From Salinispira sp. (GTDB lineage Bacteria; Spirochaetota; Spirochaetia; DSM-27196; Salinispiraceae), in NCBI GenBank assembly GCA_965226555.1, contig CBDDDG010000021.1, positions 160,001 to 224,000 of the forward strand: DNA of 64,000 nucleotides, written 5' to 3'. Shown in pieces: positions 18,406 to 28,373 of the stretch. Within the stretch, counting starts at the first letter, position 1; every line of letters starts with the position of its first letter. Position numbers and translations under genes: made by a program. The notes under the pieces are model-generated. The model was not told the origin of the DNA, did no database searches, and saw nothing but the letters and a program-made list of their open reading frames with translations.

Positions 18406-19950
18406 ATGAGGATCAAATTTATGGGGGGGGTAGCTCTCGTCGCATTCTGCTCAATGTTTATTGTATTGATTGCCGGATGTCCGATGCCGGAACCAACCCC
18501 TGAACCCGAGCCAACCGTGCCGGGCACAATGGCTGCGCCAACCCTTGAAGTGGGGAATAAGGCACTCATTGCTACATGGACTGCTCCGAACAATGGCGGA
18601 AGCCCCATTACCGGGTATGCTCTGCAATATCGCACAGGCGGTGAAGCATGGACGGAAATTACCGAAGGCATCACCGGCACAGACCACAGCATTACGGGCC
18701 TAGCAAACGCCGCCGAGTACCGCGTACAGGTGCGCGCCGTCAATGCGGTCGGCGCTGGCGACTGGTCGGAATCTGCCGCTGCAACTCCCCCTGCCACTGT
18801 TCCTGCTGCCCCGGTTGCCCCAACCCTTTATGCGGGCACTGGACGGTTCGTTGCTACATGGACTGCGCCGGAAGATAACGGCGGCAGCGCTATTACCGGG
18901 TATGCTCTGCGATATCGCACAGGCGACGGAGCATGGACACAAATTACCGAAGGCATCACCGGCACAGACCACAGCATTACGGGACTGACAAACGGCGCCA
19001 TCTACCACGTGCAGGAGCGCGCCATCAATGAAATCGGCGCTGGACCCTGGTCTGTATCCGCGCAGGGAACGCCGCTAATTTCTACGACATATATTCCTGA
19101 GAGTACGGCAGTTCCTGTAGTCCCTGTGGCTGTCTATAATGCCATTATTGCCAATGAAAACCTCAGCGTTTCTTTAACCCCGGTGGAACCGGGCACTCTC
19201 ACGGTTGAAGGAGGAGACCTGAAGGTAACCCCCGCAACTGCGCCCGACAATGTCACCCCGCCGACAGTTAATGAAAGTACCGGAATTGTTACGGTTACTA
19301 CAAGTACAACGGCAGGAATATATCTGGTATATGGCACTGAAGCCGGAGGTACAGGTATACTGTTTGCCGAATATTTCTACGTTACCGTGAATCCTCAAAC
19401 TAACGGTAGACTGAAAACAGCGGTAACTGACGGGATAACTGCTTGGGGCAATACTGCCGACCTCAACTACATTCTTACCGCGGCAGTAACGGATATGTCT
19501 GAGATTTTCCTACGTAAAAGTGCATTCGCTGGCGACATCTCGCTCTGGGATGTCAGCTCGGTAATGAATATGGCAAGTATGTTCCAGGACGCAAGCGCAT
19601 TCAATGGCGACATCTCACTCTGGGATGTTAGCTCGGTAACGAATATGCAGGGGACATTCAATGGAGCAACCTCATTCAATGGCGATATCTCCGGCTGGAA
19701 TGTCAGTTCGGTAACAAGTATGACCGGTATGTTCCAATCGGCAAGCGCATTCAATCAAAATCTTGAGGATTGGGCCTGGAATAACTCGGTTAATCCCGCT
19801 GTTACATGGAAGACTACTGATGGTGGTGGTAAATGGAATGATGGCACATATATCGGAACTAAATCTGCTATGTTTGCGAATTCCGGCTTGGATGTGGATA
19901 CGGATGGCATTACTCCTGGGAAGCAAACGATTTTTCCGTCATGGTATTAG
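18406..19950 (+). CDS. Surface lipoprotein: 2x fibronectin type III + DUF285/BspA-like repeats (4 units)
   Basis: SD AAGGAG, lipobox LIAGC, PE linker, two FN3 domains (W.AP..GGS.ITGY..QYR...Y.VQVRAVN.VG.G.WS) and 25-aa MF..ASAFNGDIS.W.VSSV repeats. Confidence 0.88.
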   Translation: MRIKFMGGVALVAFCSMFIVLIAGCPMPEPTPEPEPTVPGTMAAPTLEVGNKALIATWTAPNNGGSPITGYALQYRTGGEAWTEITEGITGTDHSITGLANAAEYRVQVRAVNAVGAGDWSESAAATPPATVPAAPVAPTLYAGTGRFVATWTAPEDNGGSAITGYALRYRTGDGAWTQITEGITGTDHSITGLTNGAIYHVQERAINEIGAGPWSVSAQGTPLISTTYIPESTAVPVVPVAVYNAIIANENLSVSLTPVEPGTLTVEGGDLKVTPATAPDNVTPPTVNESTGIVTVTTSTTAGIYLVYGTEAGGTGILFAEYFYVTVNPQTNGRLKTAVTDGITAWGNTADLNYILTAAVTDMSEIFLRKSAFAGDISLWDVSSVMNMASMFQDASAFNGDISLWDVSSVTNMQGTFNGATSFNGDISGWNVSSVTSMTGMFQSASAFNQNLEDWAWNNSVNPAVTWKTTDGGGKWNDGTYIGTKSAMFANSGLDVDTDGITPGKQTIFPSWY

Positions 19951-20085
19951 AAACTTTTGCGGAAGCGCGGTTTCCAGAAAAAGCATTCCATAAGCATTCT
20001 GAGGAGGAAATCTGCTTCGAATTATATGTTCCGGTGGAAAGCTGAATCTGAAATTACCCTAGTATAATGATTATGGGAGCATGAA

Positions 20086-20613
20086 ATGGGATCGAAAAAT
20101 CAGAGAGAGGTTGATGCGCGCGCATTAGTGCTGTCGGTGCCTGAAAAAGATTATGGCGAGAATTACCGGGATCATTTCCTGCAAATCTATTTCACATGTC
20201 TTGATATGGCAGATAAGATTAGTGATCGGCGGCAGTCGGCAAATAGCTTTTTTTTGAGCATCAATTCTGCCATTATTGCTTTTTTCGGATATACCGCATC
20301 GGGCGCTGGTAATGTTCCGGCGGAGTTGCCTCAGTGGCAGTGGATATTTGCCGCTGTTGGAGTGCTGCTCTGTTGGATATGGCGCGGGCTGATTATTTCG
20401 TATAAACGATTAAACAGCGCGAAGTTCAAAATCATACTCGAAATGGAAAAGCACCTCCCCGCAAAACCATTCGGCGCGGAATGGGAACTCCTAGAAAAAG
20501 GACAGAAGCCGAAAATCTACCGACCATTTACCACCATGGAACAGTATGTGCCGGTAATTTTCATGGCGCTGCACGTAATTATTATTATTTTTGCAGCCGG
20601 ATTTTTGCGATAA
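20086..20613 (+). CDS. Small integral membrane protein (RipA-like octameric membrane protein family)
   Basis: ADKISDRRQSANSFFLSIN, W...I.SYKRLNSAKF.II.EME..LP, three hydrophobic segments. The family name is recalled, not searched. Confidence 0.65.
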   Translation: MGSKNQREVDARALVLSVPEKDYGENYRDHFLQIYFTCLDMADKISDRRQSANSFFLSINSAIIAFFGYTASGAGNVPAELPQWQWIFAAVGVLLCWIWRGLIISYKRLNSAKFKIILEMEKHLPAKPFGAEWELLEKGQKPKIYRPFTTMEQYVPVIFMALHVIIIIFAAGFLR

Positions 20614-21006
20614 TGCCTTCCAGCATTCGTTGAGCAGATTGTTCTTCCAGCAAAAAAACAACTTCCTTCACCGGGGATCCGCTCCATTGAAAAGCCCCTC
20701 TGTCCACAACCACCTGACTGCCCCGTCCGGCAAATTGCCGAAATTCCTCGGCCAATTCCTCCAGCAGCGTGGGATACAGCTGATTCTCCGGCTCCGTACC
20801 TCGGCAAAACCCTTGCTGCCGCCCTCTTTCACGAGGGCGGTATGGACATTGGACTTGAGAGCTTCCTGTAAAAACTCAAACACATGAAAAATCGTGCTTT
20901 TGCCAGTGCCGTTGGCGCCGACAATTACGCAAAAATTGGGTATGTCTCTCATAGTGACAGAACGCAGCCCCTTGAAATTCTTAACCCGTAATTGCTCAAT
21001 TTTCAT
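20608..21006 (-). pseudogene. Collapsed relic of an AAA/ABC ATPase + DUF4276-like gene pair
   Basis: N-terminus MKIEQLRVKNFK...GANGTGKST. A frameshift then joins it to EPENQLYPTLLEELAEEF (Walker B/D-loop region), followed by (V)KEVVFLLEEQSAQRMLEGII. Confidence 0.7.
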
Positions 21007-21144
21007 TTCTGCCTCCAGAATCCGTATAGAACCATATCATGCTACATCCATATCATTCCATGTTTCTGCATCGTTTCAAGGCAGATTGACAGCATACAAA
21101 CAAATATCTTGCAAAAATATCAATATCGGATTATCTTATAAGGT

Positions 21145-22122
21145 ATGGAAGTCAGTAAAAACATTGATGAGATTCATGAACGGCTCGCATTGACAATGCC
21201 CCCCCACGAGGTTGAGGCGGCACTGGAGAAAATTCGGGAAATTCATGAGTTGAAGCGGAGCATGAATGTTGTTGTGCTTGGGCATAATTATATGACCCCC
21301 GATGTTTTTTACGGTGTTTCCGATATTGTCGGAGACAGCCTCGGGCTTGCCCGGGCGGCGGCTGATACCGATGCCGATATTATTTTGTTTAACGGCGTGC
21401 ATTTCATGGCGGAGACCGCCAAAATTATGAACCCCCGCAAGACCGTGCTCATTGCCGACCGTGAAGCCGGCTGCTCCCTTGCCGAAAGCATTAACGCTGC
21501 CGATGTGCGCGCCCTGAAGGCGGAGTATCCCGGCGCTCCGGTGGTAACCTATGTGAACTGCTCCGCCGAGGTCAAGGCTGAGACTGATATCTGCTGCACG
21601 AGCGCCAACGCCCTGAAAGTGGTGGAGTCGGTGGACAGCGATACCGTCATCTTCCTGCCCGATGCCTACCTTGCCAAAAATATCGCCAAACAGACGAGTA
21701 AGAAGATTATTTCTTGGGAGAAAGGAAAGTGTATGGTGCATGAGCAGTTTACGCGGGCAGACATTGAATCGGCCCGATTCCAGTTTGATGATCTGCTTGT
21801 TATCAGCCATCCTGAATGCGATACCGATGTGACCGGCGCCTCCGATTTTTCCGGCAGCACCAGCCAGATGGAAAGCGTGATCCGCGGCAGCGACCGGAAT
21901 AATGTCATGCTGATTACCGAATGCAGCATGGGCGACAACCTCCGCTCGGTTTTTCCGCGGCGCAATTTTGTAAGCACCTGTCAGACCTGTCCCCACATGA
22001 AACGCATTACCCTCGACAAAATTCTTCATTCCCTGAAGGAACTGGTATGTGAGGTTGATCTGGATGATGATATTATCCGCCGTGCCCGAAAGTCAGTTGA
22101 GCGGATGATCGCCATCGGCTAA
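21145..22122 (+). CDS. nadA: Quinolinate synthase
   Basis: Motifs [43 protein letters not shown] and CPHMKRITL. Confidence 0.96.
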   Translation: MEVSKNIDEIHERLALTMPPHEVEAALEKIREIHELKRSMNVVVLGHNYMTPDVFYGVSDIVGDSLGLARAAADTDADIILFNGVHFMAETAKIMNPRKTVLIADREAGCSLAESINAADVRALKAEYPGAPVVTYVNCSAEVKAETDICCTSANALKVVESVDSDTVIFLPDAYLAKNIAKQTSKKIISWEKGKCMVHEQFTRADIESARFQFDDLLVISHPECDTDVTGASDFSGSTSQMESVIRGSDRNNVMLITECSMGDNLRSVFPRRNFVSTCQTCPHMKRITLDKILHSLKELVCEVDLDDDIIRRARKSVERMIAIG

Positions 22123-23150
22123 TCCTCGCCGTTTGTTTTTTGCTGATATTCCTGTATCCGCCGGAGCACTTCGGTATGAGCGATGTTTTCTGCGCTGTTC
22201 TGCCTGTTCCGATTTTCCTTTAATGCGGCATACTGCGCGCCGGCATGGTAGCTTGAGCGGACGAGGGGGCCGGCCTCAACAAAGGCGAAACCCTTCTCAA
22301 GCGCATGTTCCCGAAGGTCGGTAAATTCCTCAGGACTCCAGTATTTTCTGACCGGCAGATGATTGCGGCTCGGCTGAAGATACTGCCCCATGTTCATCAT
22401 GGAAACACCGCAGCCGATGAGGTCATCCATGAGCCCGAGCACTTCCTCCTTTGTTTCACCGAGTCCGAGCATAATGCTCGATTTCAGTACCGCATGCGGA
22501 TCTTGCTCTCCGAACATTCTGAGCACCCGCAGGCTTCTGTCGTAAAATGACCGCGAACGGACAACAGGCGTCAGGCGGCGAACTGTTTCGAGGTTATGGC
22601 TCATAATATCGGGACTGCTGTTGAGAACACAGGCTATTGCATCAGCATTTGCCATAAAATCGGAGGTGAGCAGTTCAATTCCGCAGTCGGGCGCCCGCTG
22701 CCGTATGGCATGCACCGTCTCGGCAAGGAGGCGCGCGCCGCCGTCCTTCAGATCATCTCTGTTAACCATGGTAATGACCACGTGCTGAAGGCGCAGTTCA
22801 CGCACGGAGTCGGCCACGCGCTGCGGTTCTCCCCAGTCGACAGCGCCGGGCAGGCCGGTTTTAACGGCGCAAAAACGGCAGCGGCGGGTGCAGGTATCTC
22901 CGAGTACCATGAATGTTGCGGTCTTATGGCTTCCCCAGCACTCATGGATATTCGGGCAGCGGGCTTCCTCGCAGACGGTATGCAGGCCTTCCCGTTTGAC
23001 CATCTGCTTGAGGCCGCGGAATTTTTCAGTGGTATTGAGCCTGATCCGCAGCCATTCCGGCTTGCGCCGTACCGCAGGCGGCTCTTCCGGCGCAAGCCTC
23101 GTAAATTCAGCCAGATCGGTCGATGAGTTCATAACAAGATGTTCTTTCAT
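22119..23150 (-). CDS. lipA: Lipoyl synthase
   Basis: Motifs [27 protein letters not shown] and VRSSYHA. Confidence 0.97.
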   Translation of the reverse strand: MKEHLVMNSSTDLAEFTRLAPEEPPAVRRKPEWLRIRLNTTEKFRGLKQMVKREGLHTVCEEARCPNIHECWGSHKTATFMVLGDTCTRRCRFCAVKTGLPGAVDWGEPQRVADSVRELRLQHVVITMVNRDDLKDGGARLLAETVHAIRQRAPDCGIELLTSDFMANADAIACVLNSSPDIMSHNLETVRRLTPVVRSRSFYDRSLRVLRMFGEQDPHAVLKSSIMLGLGETKEEVLGLMDDLIGCGVSMMNMGQYLQPSRNHLPVRKYWSPEEFTDLREHALEKGFAFVEAGPLVRSSYHAGAQYAALKENRNRQNSAENIAHTEVLRRIQEYQQKTNGED

Positions 23151-23183
23151 GATGTTCCCATTATACACCGGAACACCGCTTTT

Positions 23184-24788
23184 TTAGAACCGCCTGTCAC
23201 TTAGTTCCCTGTAGGCATCGGTGCCTTGTAAGGCTTCGTTTTCCTGTATGAGATCCCATGCGGTGGTTCCGTTTTCATCCTGTGCATGAACATCAGCGCC
23301 GGCATTCAGGAGTGTGGTAATAATTTCGGGGTTTTGGTTATATCTGGCAGCCAACAATAGGGCTGTCCATCCGAGGTTATTCCGCGCATGAACATCAGCC
23401 CCGGCATTGATGAGGGTGGTAATGATATTAGGTTTTTGGGTATTACTGGCAACCATCATCAGGGGAGTCCATCCGAGGTTATTCTGCGCATGAACATCAG
23501 CGCCGGCATTGATGAGGATGGTAATGACATCGGGATTTTGGTTATTACGGGCAGCCCACATCAGGGGAGTCCATCCGTCTTTAGTCCGCGCATGAATATC
23601 AGCTCCGGCATTGATGAGGATGGTAATGACATTGGGGTTTTTATTATTTTTGGTAGCCACCATCAGGGAAGTCCATTCGTATTCAGTCCGCGCATGAATA
23701 TCAGCGCCGGCATTGATGAGGGCGGTAATGACATCGGGGTTTTCGTTATATTCGGCAGCCCGCATCAGGGGAGTCCATCTGAATTTATTCCGCGCATTAG
23801 CATCAGCTCCCGCATCTAGCAGGGCGGTAATAATTTTGGGGTTTTGGTTATATCTGGCAGCCGCCATCAGGGGAGTTCCGTATTCATTCCGCTCATTAGC
23901 ATCAGCTCCCGCATCTAGCAGGTCGGTAATAATTTTGGGGTTTTGGTTATTACGGGCAGCCACCATCAGGGCTGTCCATCCGTATTCAGTCCGCGCATGA
24001 ATATCAGCTCCAGCATTGATGAGGGTGGTAATGACATCGGGGTTTTGGTTATATCTGGCAGCCGCCATCAGGGGAGTTCCGTATTCATTCCGCGCATTAG
24101 CATCAGCTCCCGCATCTAGCAGGGCGGTAATAATTTCGGGGTTTTGGTTATATCTGGCAGCCACCATCAGGGCTGTCCATCCGTTTTCAGTCCGCGCATG
24201 AATATCAGCTCCAGCATTGATGAGGGCGGTAATGACATCGGGGTTTTGGTTATATCTGGCAGCCCGCATCAGGGAAGTCCTTCCGTCTTCGGTCTGCGCA
24301 TGAATATCAGCGTCAGCATTGATGAGGGCGGTAATGACATCGGGGTTTTGGTTATTACGGGCAGCCAGCATCAGGGATGTCCATCCGTCTTTAGTCCGCG
24401 CATGAATATCAGTTCCAGCATTGAAGAGGGCGGTAATGACATCAGGGTTTTGGTTATATCTGGCAGCCACCATCAGGGCTGTCCATCCGTTTTCAATTTG
24501 CGCATGAACATCAGCTCCTGCATTGAATAGGGCGGTAATGATATTAGGGTTTTGGTTATTACTGGCAGCCAACATCAGAGGAGTCCATCCGCGGTTATTC
24601 CGCGCATGAACATCAGCCCCGGCATTTATGAGGGCTGTAATAATTTCGGGGTTTTGGTTATATCTGGCAGCCCGCATCAGGGGAGTCCTTCTGTCTTCAT
24701 CCTTCGCATATACATCTATGCTTCCTGCGCTCAGTGCCTGCCGTACTTCTTTAGGCGATATGTTTATCCAGTCTTTGGCATCCCACAT
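23184..24788 (-). CDS. Ankyrin repeat protein A1 (~14 repeats); signal-peptide leader out of frame
   Basis: 34-aa GWTPLMxAAxxNQNPDVITALINAGAD repeats and C-cap TAWDLIQENEALQGTDAYRELSDRRF. The leader ORF 24952-24788 ends in a TGATG overlap. Confidence 0.9.
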   Translation of the reverse strand: MWDAKDWINISPKEVRQALSAGSIDVYAKDEDRRTPLMRAARYNQNPEIITALINAGADVHARNNRGWTPLMLAASNNQNPNIITALFNAGADVHAQIENGWTALMVAARYNQNPDVITALFNAGTDIHARTKDGWTSLMLAARNNQNPDVITALINADADIHAQTEDGRTSLMRAARYNQNPDVITALINAGADIHARTENGWTALMVAARYNQNPEIITALLDAGADANARNEYGTPLMAAARYNQNPDVITTLINAGADIHARTEYGWTALMVAARNNQNPKIITDLLDAGADANERNEYGTPLMAAARYNQNPKIITALLDAGADANARNKFRWTPLMRAAEYNENPDVITALINAGADIHARTEYEWTSLMVATKNNKNPNVITILINAGADIHARTKDGWTPLMWAARNNQNPDVITILINAGADVHAQNNLGWTPLMMVASNTQKPNIITTLINAGADVHARNNLGWTALLLAARYNQNPEIITTLLNAGADVHAQDENGTTAWDLIQENEALQGTDAYRELSDRRF

Positions 24789-24952
24789 CAGGGAGTACTT
24801 CCGTATTCGGTCTGTGCATGAATATCAGCGCCGGCATTCAGCGGGGCGGTAATGACATCGGGGTTTTGGTTATAAACGGCAGTGTGCATACGGGCAGTGT
24901 AGCCGATACACAGCAGTATCGTCAATATCATTGAAAAATTGTATGTTTTCAT
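24788..24952 (-). pseudogene. Detached 5' leader (signal peptide + partial ankyrin repeat) of A1
   Basis: MKTYNFSMILTILLCIG...AVYNQNPDVITAPLNAGADIHAQTEYGSTP*. ACTCCCTGATG is one C short of the consensus ACTCCCCTGATG. Confidence 0.7.
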
Positions 24953-25022
24953 AATGACCTTTGTTATATGTTGATGGTCAATTATATATGATGTCGCGGG
25001 ATGCATCTATAGTGCCGCTTTT

Positions 25023-26829
25023 TTAGAACCGCCTTTTGTTGAGTTCCCTGTAGGCATCGGTTCCTTGTAAGGATTCGTTTTCCTGTATGAGAGCCCATGC
25101 GGTGGTTCCGTTTTCATCTTGTGCATGAACATCAGCCCCGGCATTGATGAGGGCGGTGATAATTTCAGGATTTTCATTATATCTGGCAGCAAACAACAAG
25201 GGAGTCCATTTGTATTCATTCCGCGCATTAGCATCAGCTCCCGCATTCAAGAGAGTGGTGATGATTTCAAGGTTGCTGTTAAAACCAGCAGCCGCCATCA
25301 GGGGAGTCCATCCGCGGTTATTCTGCGCATGAACATCAGCGCCGGCAGTGATGAGGGTGGTAATGACATCAGGGTTTTTATTATTTTTGGCAGCCACCAT
25401 CAGGGGAGTCCATCCGCGGTTATTCTGCGCATGAACATCAGCGCCGGCATTGATGAGGATGGTAATGACATCAGGGTTTTTATTATTTTTGGCAGCCATC
25501 ATCAGGGAAGTCCATTCGTATTCAGTCTGCGCATGAATATCAGCGCATTAGCATTGATGAGGGCGGTAATGACATCGGGGTTTTGGTTATATCTGGCAGC
25601 CGCCATCAGGGGAGTTCCGTATTCATTCCGCACATTAGCATTAGCTCCCGCATTGATGAGGGCGGTAATAATTTCGGGGTTTTGGCTAGGGCAGCCACCA
25701 TCAGGGGTCCATCCGTTTTCAGTCCGACATCAGGGCATTGATGAGGGTGGTAATGACATCGTTCAGGGGGTTATCTGGTCAGGGAGCCGCCATCCGTTTT
25801 CAGTCCGCACATGAATATCAGCTCACGGGCAGCCATCATCATGGCTGTCCATCCGTTTTCAGTCCGCGCATGAATATCAGCTCCAGCATTAATGAGGGCG
25901 GTAATGACATCGGGGTTTTGGTTATATCTGGCAGCCGCCATCAGGGGAGTTCCGTATTCATTCCGCCATTAGCATCAGCTCCCGCATCTAGCAGGGCGGT
26001 AATAATTTCGGGGTTTTGGTTATATCTGGCAGCCGCCATCAGGGGAGTCCATCCGTTTTCGGTCCGCGCATGAATATCAGCTCCAGCATTGATGAGGGTG
26101 GTAATGACATCGGGGTTTTGGTTATATTTGGCAGCCCGCATCAGGGCTGTCCATCCGTCTTTAGTCCGCGCATGAATATCAGCGTCAGCATTGATGAGGG
26201 CGGTAATGACATCGGGGTTTTGGTTATTACGGGCAGCCAGCATCAGGGATGTCCATCCGTCTTTAGTCCGCTCATGAATATCAGCTCCCGCATCTAGCAG
26301 GACAGTAATAATTTCGGGGTTTTGGTTATATCTGACAGCCCACATCAGGGGAGTCCATCTGTTTTTATCCCGTCCGTTAACATCAGTGCCGGCATTGATA
26401 AGGGTGGTAATGACATCGGGGTTTTGATTATTACTGGCAGCCACCATCAGGGCTGTCCATTCCGTTATTCAGTCTGCGCATAAATATCAGCTCCGGCATT
26501 TATGAGGGCTGTAATAATTTCGGAGTTTTGGTTATATTTGGCAGCCCGCATTAGGGAAGTCCTTCCGTCTTCATCCTTCGCATATACATCTATGCTTCCT
26601 GCGCTCAGTGCCTGCCGTACTTCTTTAGGCGATATGTTTACCCAGTATTCTTTGGCATCCCACATCAGAGAGTACTTCCGTATTCGGTCTGCGCATGAAT
26701 ATCAGCGTCAGCATTGATGAGGGCGGTAATGACATCGGGGTTTTGGTTATAAACGGCAGCGTGCATACGGGCAGTGTAGCCGATACACAGCAGTATCGTC
26801 AATATCATTGAAAAATTGTATGTTTTCAT
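25023..26829 (-). pseudogene. Ankyrin repeat gene A2, a frameshifted tandem paralog of A1
   Basis: Same leader, N-cap and upstream DNA as A1. Broken at ~26665, at ~26460 and repeatedly in 25540-25990. The C-cap is intact (ELNKRRF). Confidence 0.8.
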
Positions 26830-26907
26830 AATGACCTTCGCTATATGTGTTATATTTGATGGTCAATTATATATGATGTCGCGGGATGTATCTATAGTGC
26901 CGTTTTT

Positions 26908-27699
26908 TTAGAATCGCCCTTGGCTGAGTTCCCTGTAGGCATCGGTTTCCTCTACGGCTTCGTTTTCCTGTATGAAATCCCATGCGGTGTTTCCGTATTC
27001 ATCTTGCGCATGAACATCGGCGCCGGCATTGATGAGGGTGGTGATAATTTCGGAATTTTCGTTATACCAAGCAGCCAGCATCAGGGCTGTCAATCCATCT
27101 CCAATCCGCGCATGAACATCAGCATCGGCATTCAGGAGGGCGGTGATAATTTCGGGGTTTTGGTTATATCTGGCAGCCCGCATCAGGGGAGTCCATCCGT
27201 TTTCATCCGGTATGTTAACATCAGCCCCGGCATTCAGAAGGGCTGTGATAATTTCGGGATTTTCGTTATATCTGGCAGCCACCATCAGGGAGGTCAATCC
27301 GCCTCCGGTCTGCGCATGAACATCGGCGCCCGCATTCAGCAGAGTGGTAATAATTTCAGGATTTTCGTTATTAAAGGCAGCCGTCATCAGGGCTGTCCAT
27401 TTGTATTCACCCTGCGCATTACCATCAGCGCCGGCCTTCAGCAGGGCGGTAATGGCAGCGGGGTTTTGGTTAATGGCGGCAGCCCATATCAGGGCAGTGT
27501 TTCCGTATTCATCCTCCGCATATGTATTTATGCTTCCTGCGCTCAGTGCCTGCTGTACTTCTTCAGGCGATATGTTTATCCAGTACTCTTTGGCAGCCCA
27601 TTCCTGCTCAGATGCGGAATTGCCTGCCGTTGTCATGCATGAGCTTAGTACGACCACTGTTAGCAGCAGCGCTGAAATGTACGGGTTGATGTTTGCCAT
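26908..27699 (-). CDS. Ankyrin repeat lipoprotein A3 (~5 repeats)
   Basis: SD AGGAGG, MANINPYISALLLTVVVLSSC lipobox, ankyrin repeats, C-cap ELSQGRF. Confidence 0.9.
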   Translation of the reverse strand: MANINPYISALLLTVVVLSSCMTTAGNSASEQEWAAKEYWINISPEEVQQALSAGSINTYAEDEYGNTALIWAAAINQNPAAITALLKAGADGNAQGEYKWTALMTAAFNNENPEIITTLLNAGADVHAQTGGGLTSLMVAARYNENPEIITALLNAGADVNIPDENGWTPLMRAARYNQNPEIITALLNADADVHARIGDGLTALMLAAWYNENSEIITTLINAGADVHAQDEYGNTAWDFIQENEAVEETDAYRELSQGRF

Positions 27700-27889
27700 T
27701 GTATCCTCCTGAATAGGTAATCGCGCGTACACGCATTGTACCATGTTTTGCTAAGTATTTACCGTTGGTATTCCAGATTTATCGACACTACCGCCTGTCA
27801 TTTAATTATCTGGTAGCATCAACATCACCCTCACGATTGACAAAAAACGATTGGCAGGGTGTAATGCAGGGGAGGATGTGCGTTCATAC

Positions 27890-28300
27890 ATGCTTACAAA
27901 ACTGATAATAGAGAATTTCAAACTTTTTGAGCGGGCGGAAATTCCGCTCGGCAACGGCTTTGTGTTTATTGGCCCGAACAACAGGGGGAAAACAACTGCC
28001 CTGCAGGCGCTGGCGCTCTGGCATTTTGGGCTGCGGGGCTTTCTCTTGGCAGATCGCACAGACAAGTCTCTGCAAACAACGGGGAATCTGCGGGAATATC
28101 AATGGAAAAAACGTGAAATAGAGAATTATCTCTGCAATAAGCAGGCAATTTCGGATATTCCCTCTTCGCGTTCTTTGCAGAAGAAAGATTTCTACAAACT
28201 GATCGCACACATTCCTGAAAAAGACATTGACCCCGAGGTAAGCGATGTGCTGGACATGGTGCAGCAGGTGGCGGAAGCGGGGGCAACAGTGACCGCATGA
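27890..28300 (+). pseudogene. Internally deleted AAA ATPase/OLD-like gene
   Basis: 136 aa. The N-terminal MLTKLIIENFK...GPNNRGKTT Walker A is fused in frame to a C-terminal WKKREIENYL segment, with no Walker B. Confidence 0.65.
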
Positions 28301-28373
28301 TTGAGCTTAAAACAACGTTGTTTTACGCAATGAATCATGAAAATTTCGAGTTTCCAGAGGTTCCCAGTTTCCA

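Noticed and set aside
19989..20045. Short frame HKHSEEEICFELYVPVES* resembling the end of a GyrI-like domain
   Set aside because: It is too short to support and has no start; at most a gene remnant.
21007..21144. NAD-related riboswitch upstream of nadA
   Set aside because: The region is AT-rich with no convincing stems or recognisable consensus.
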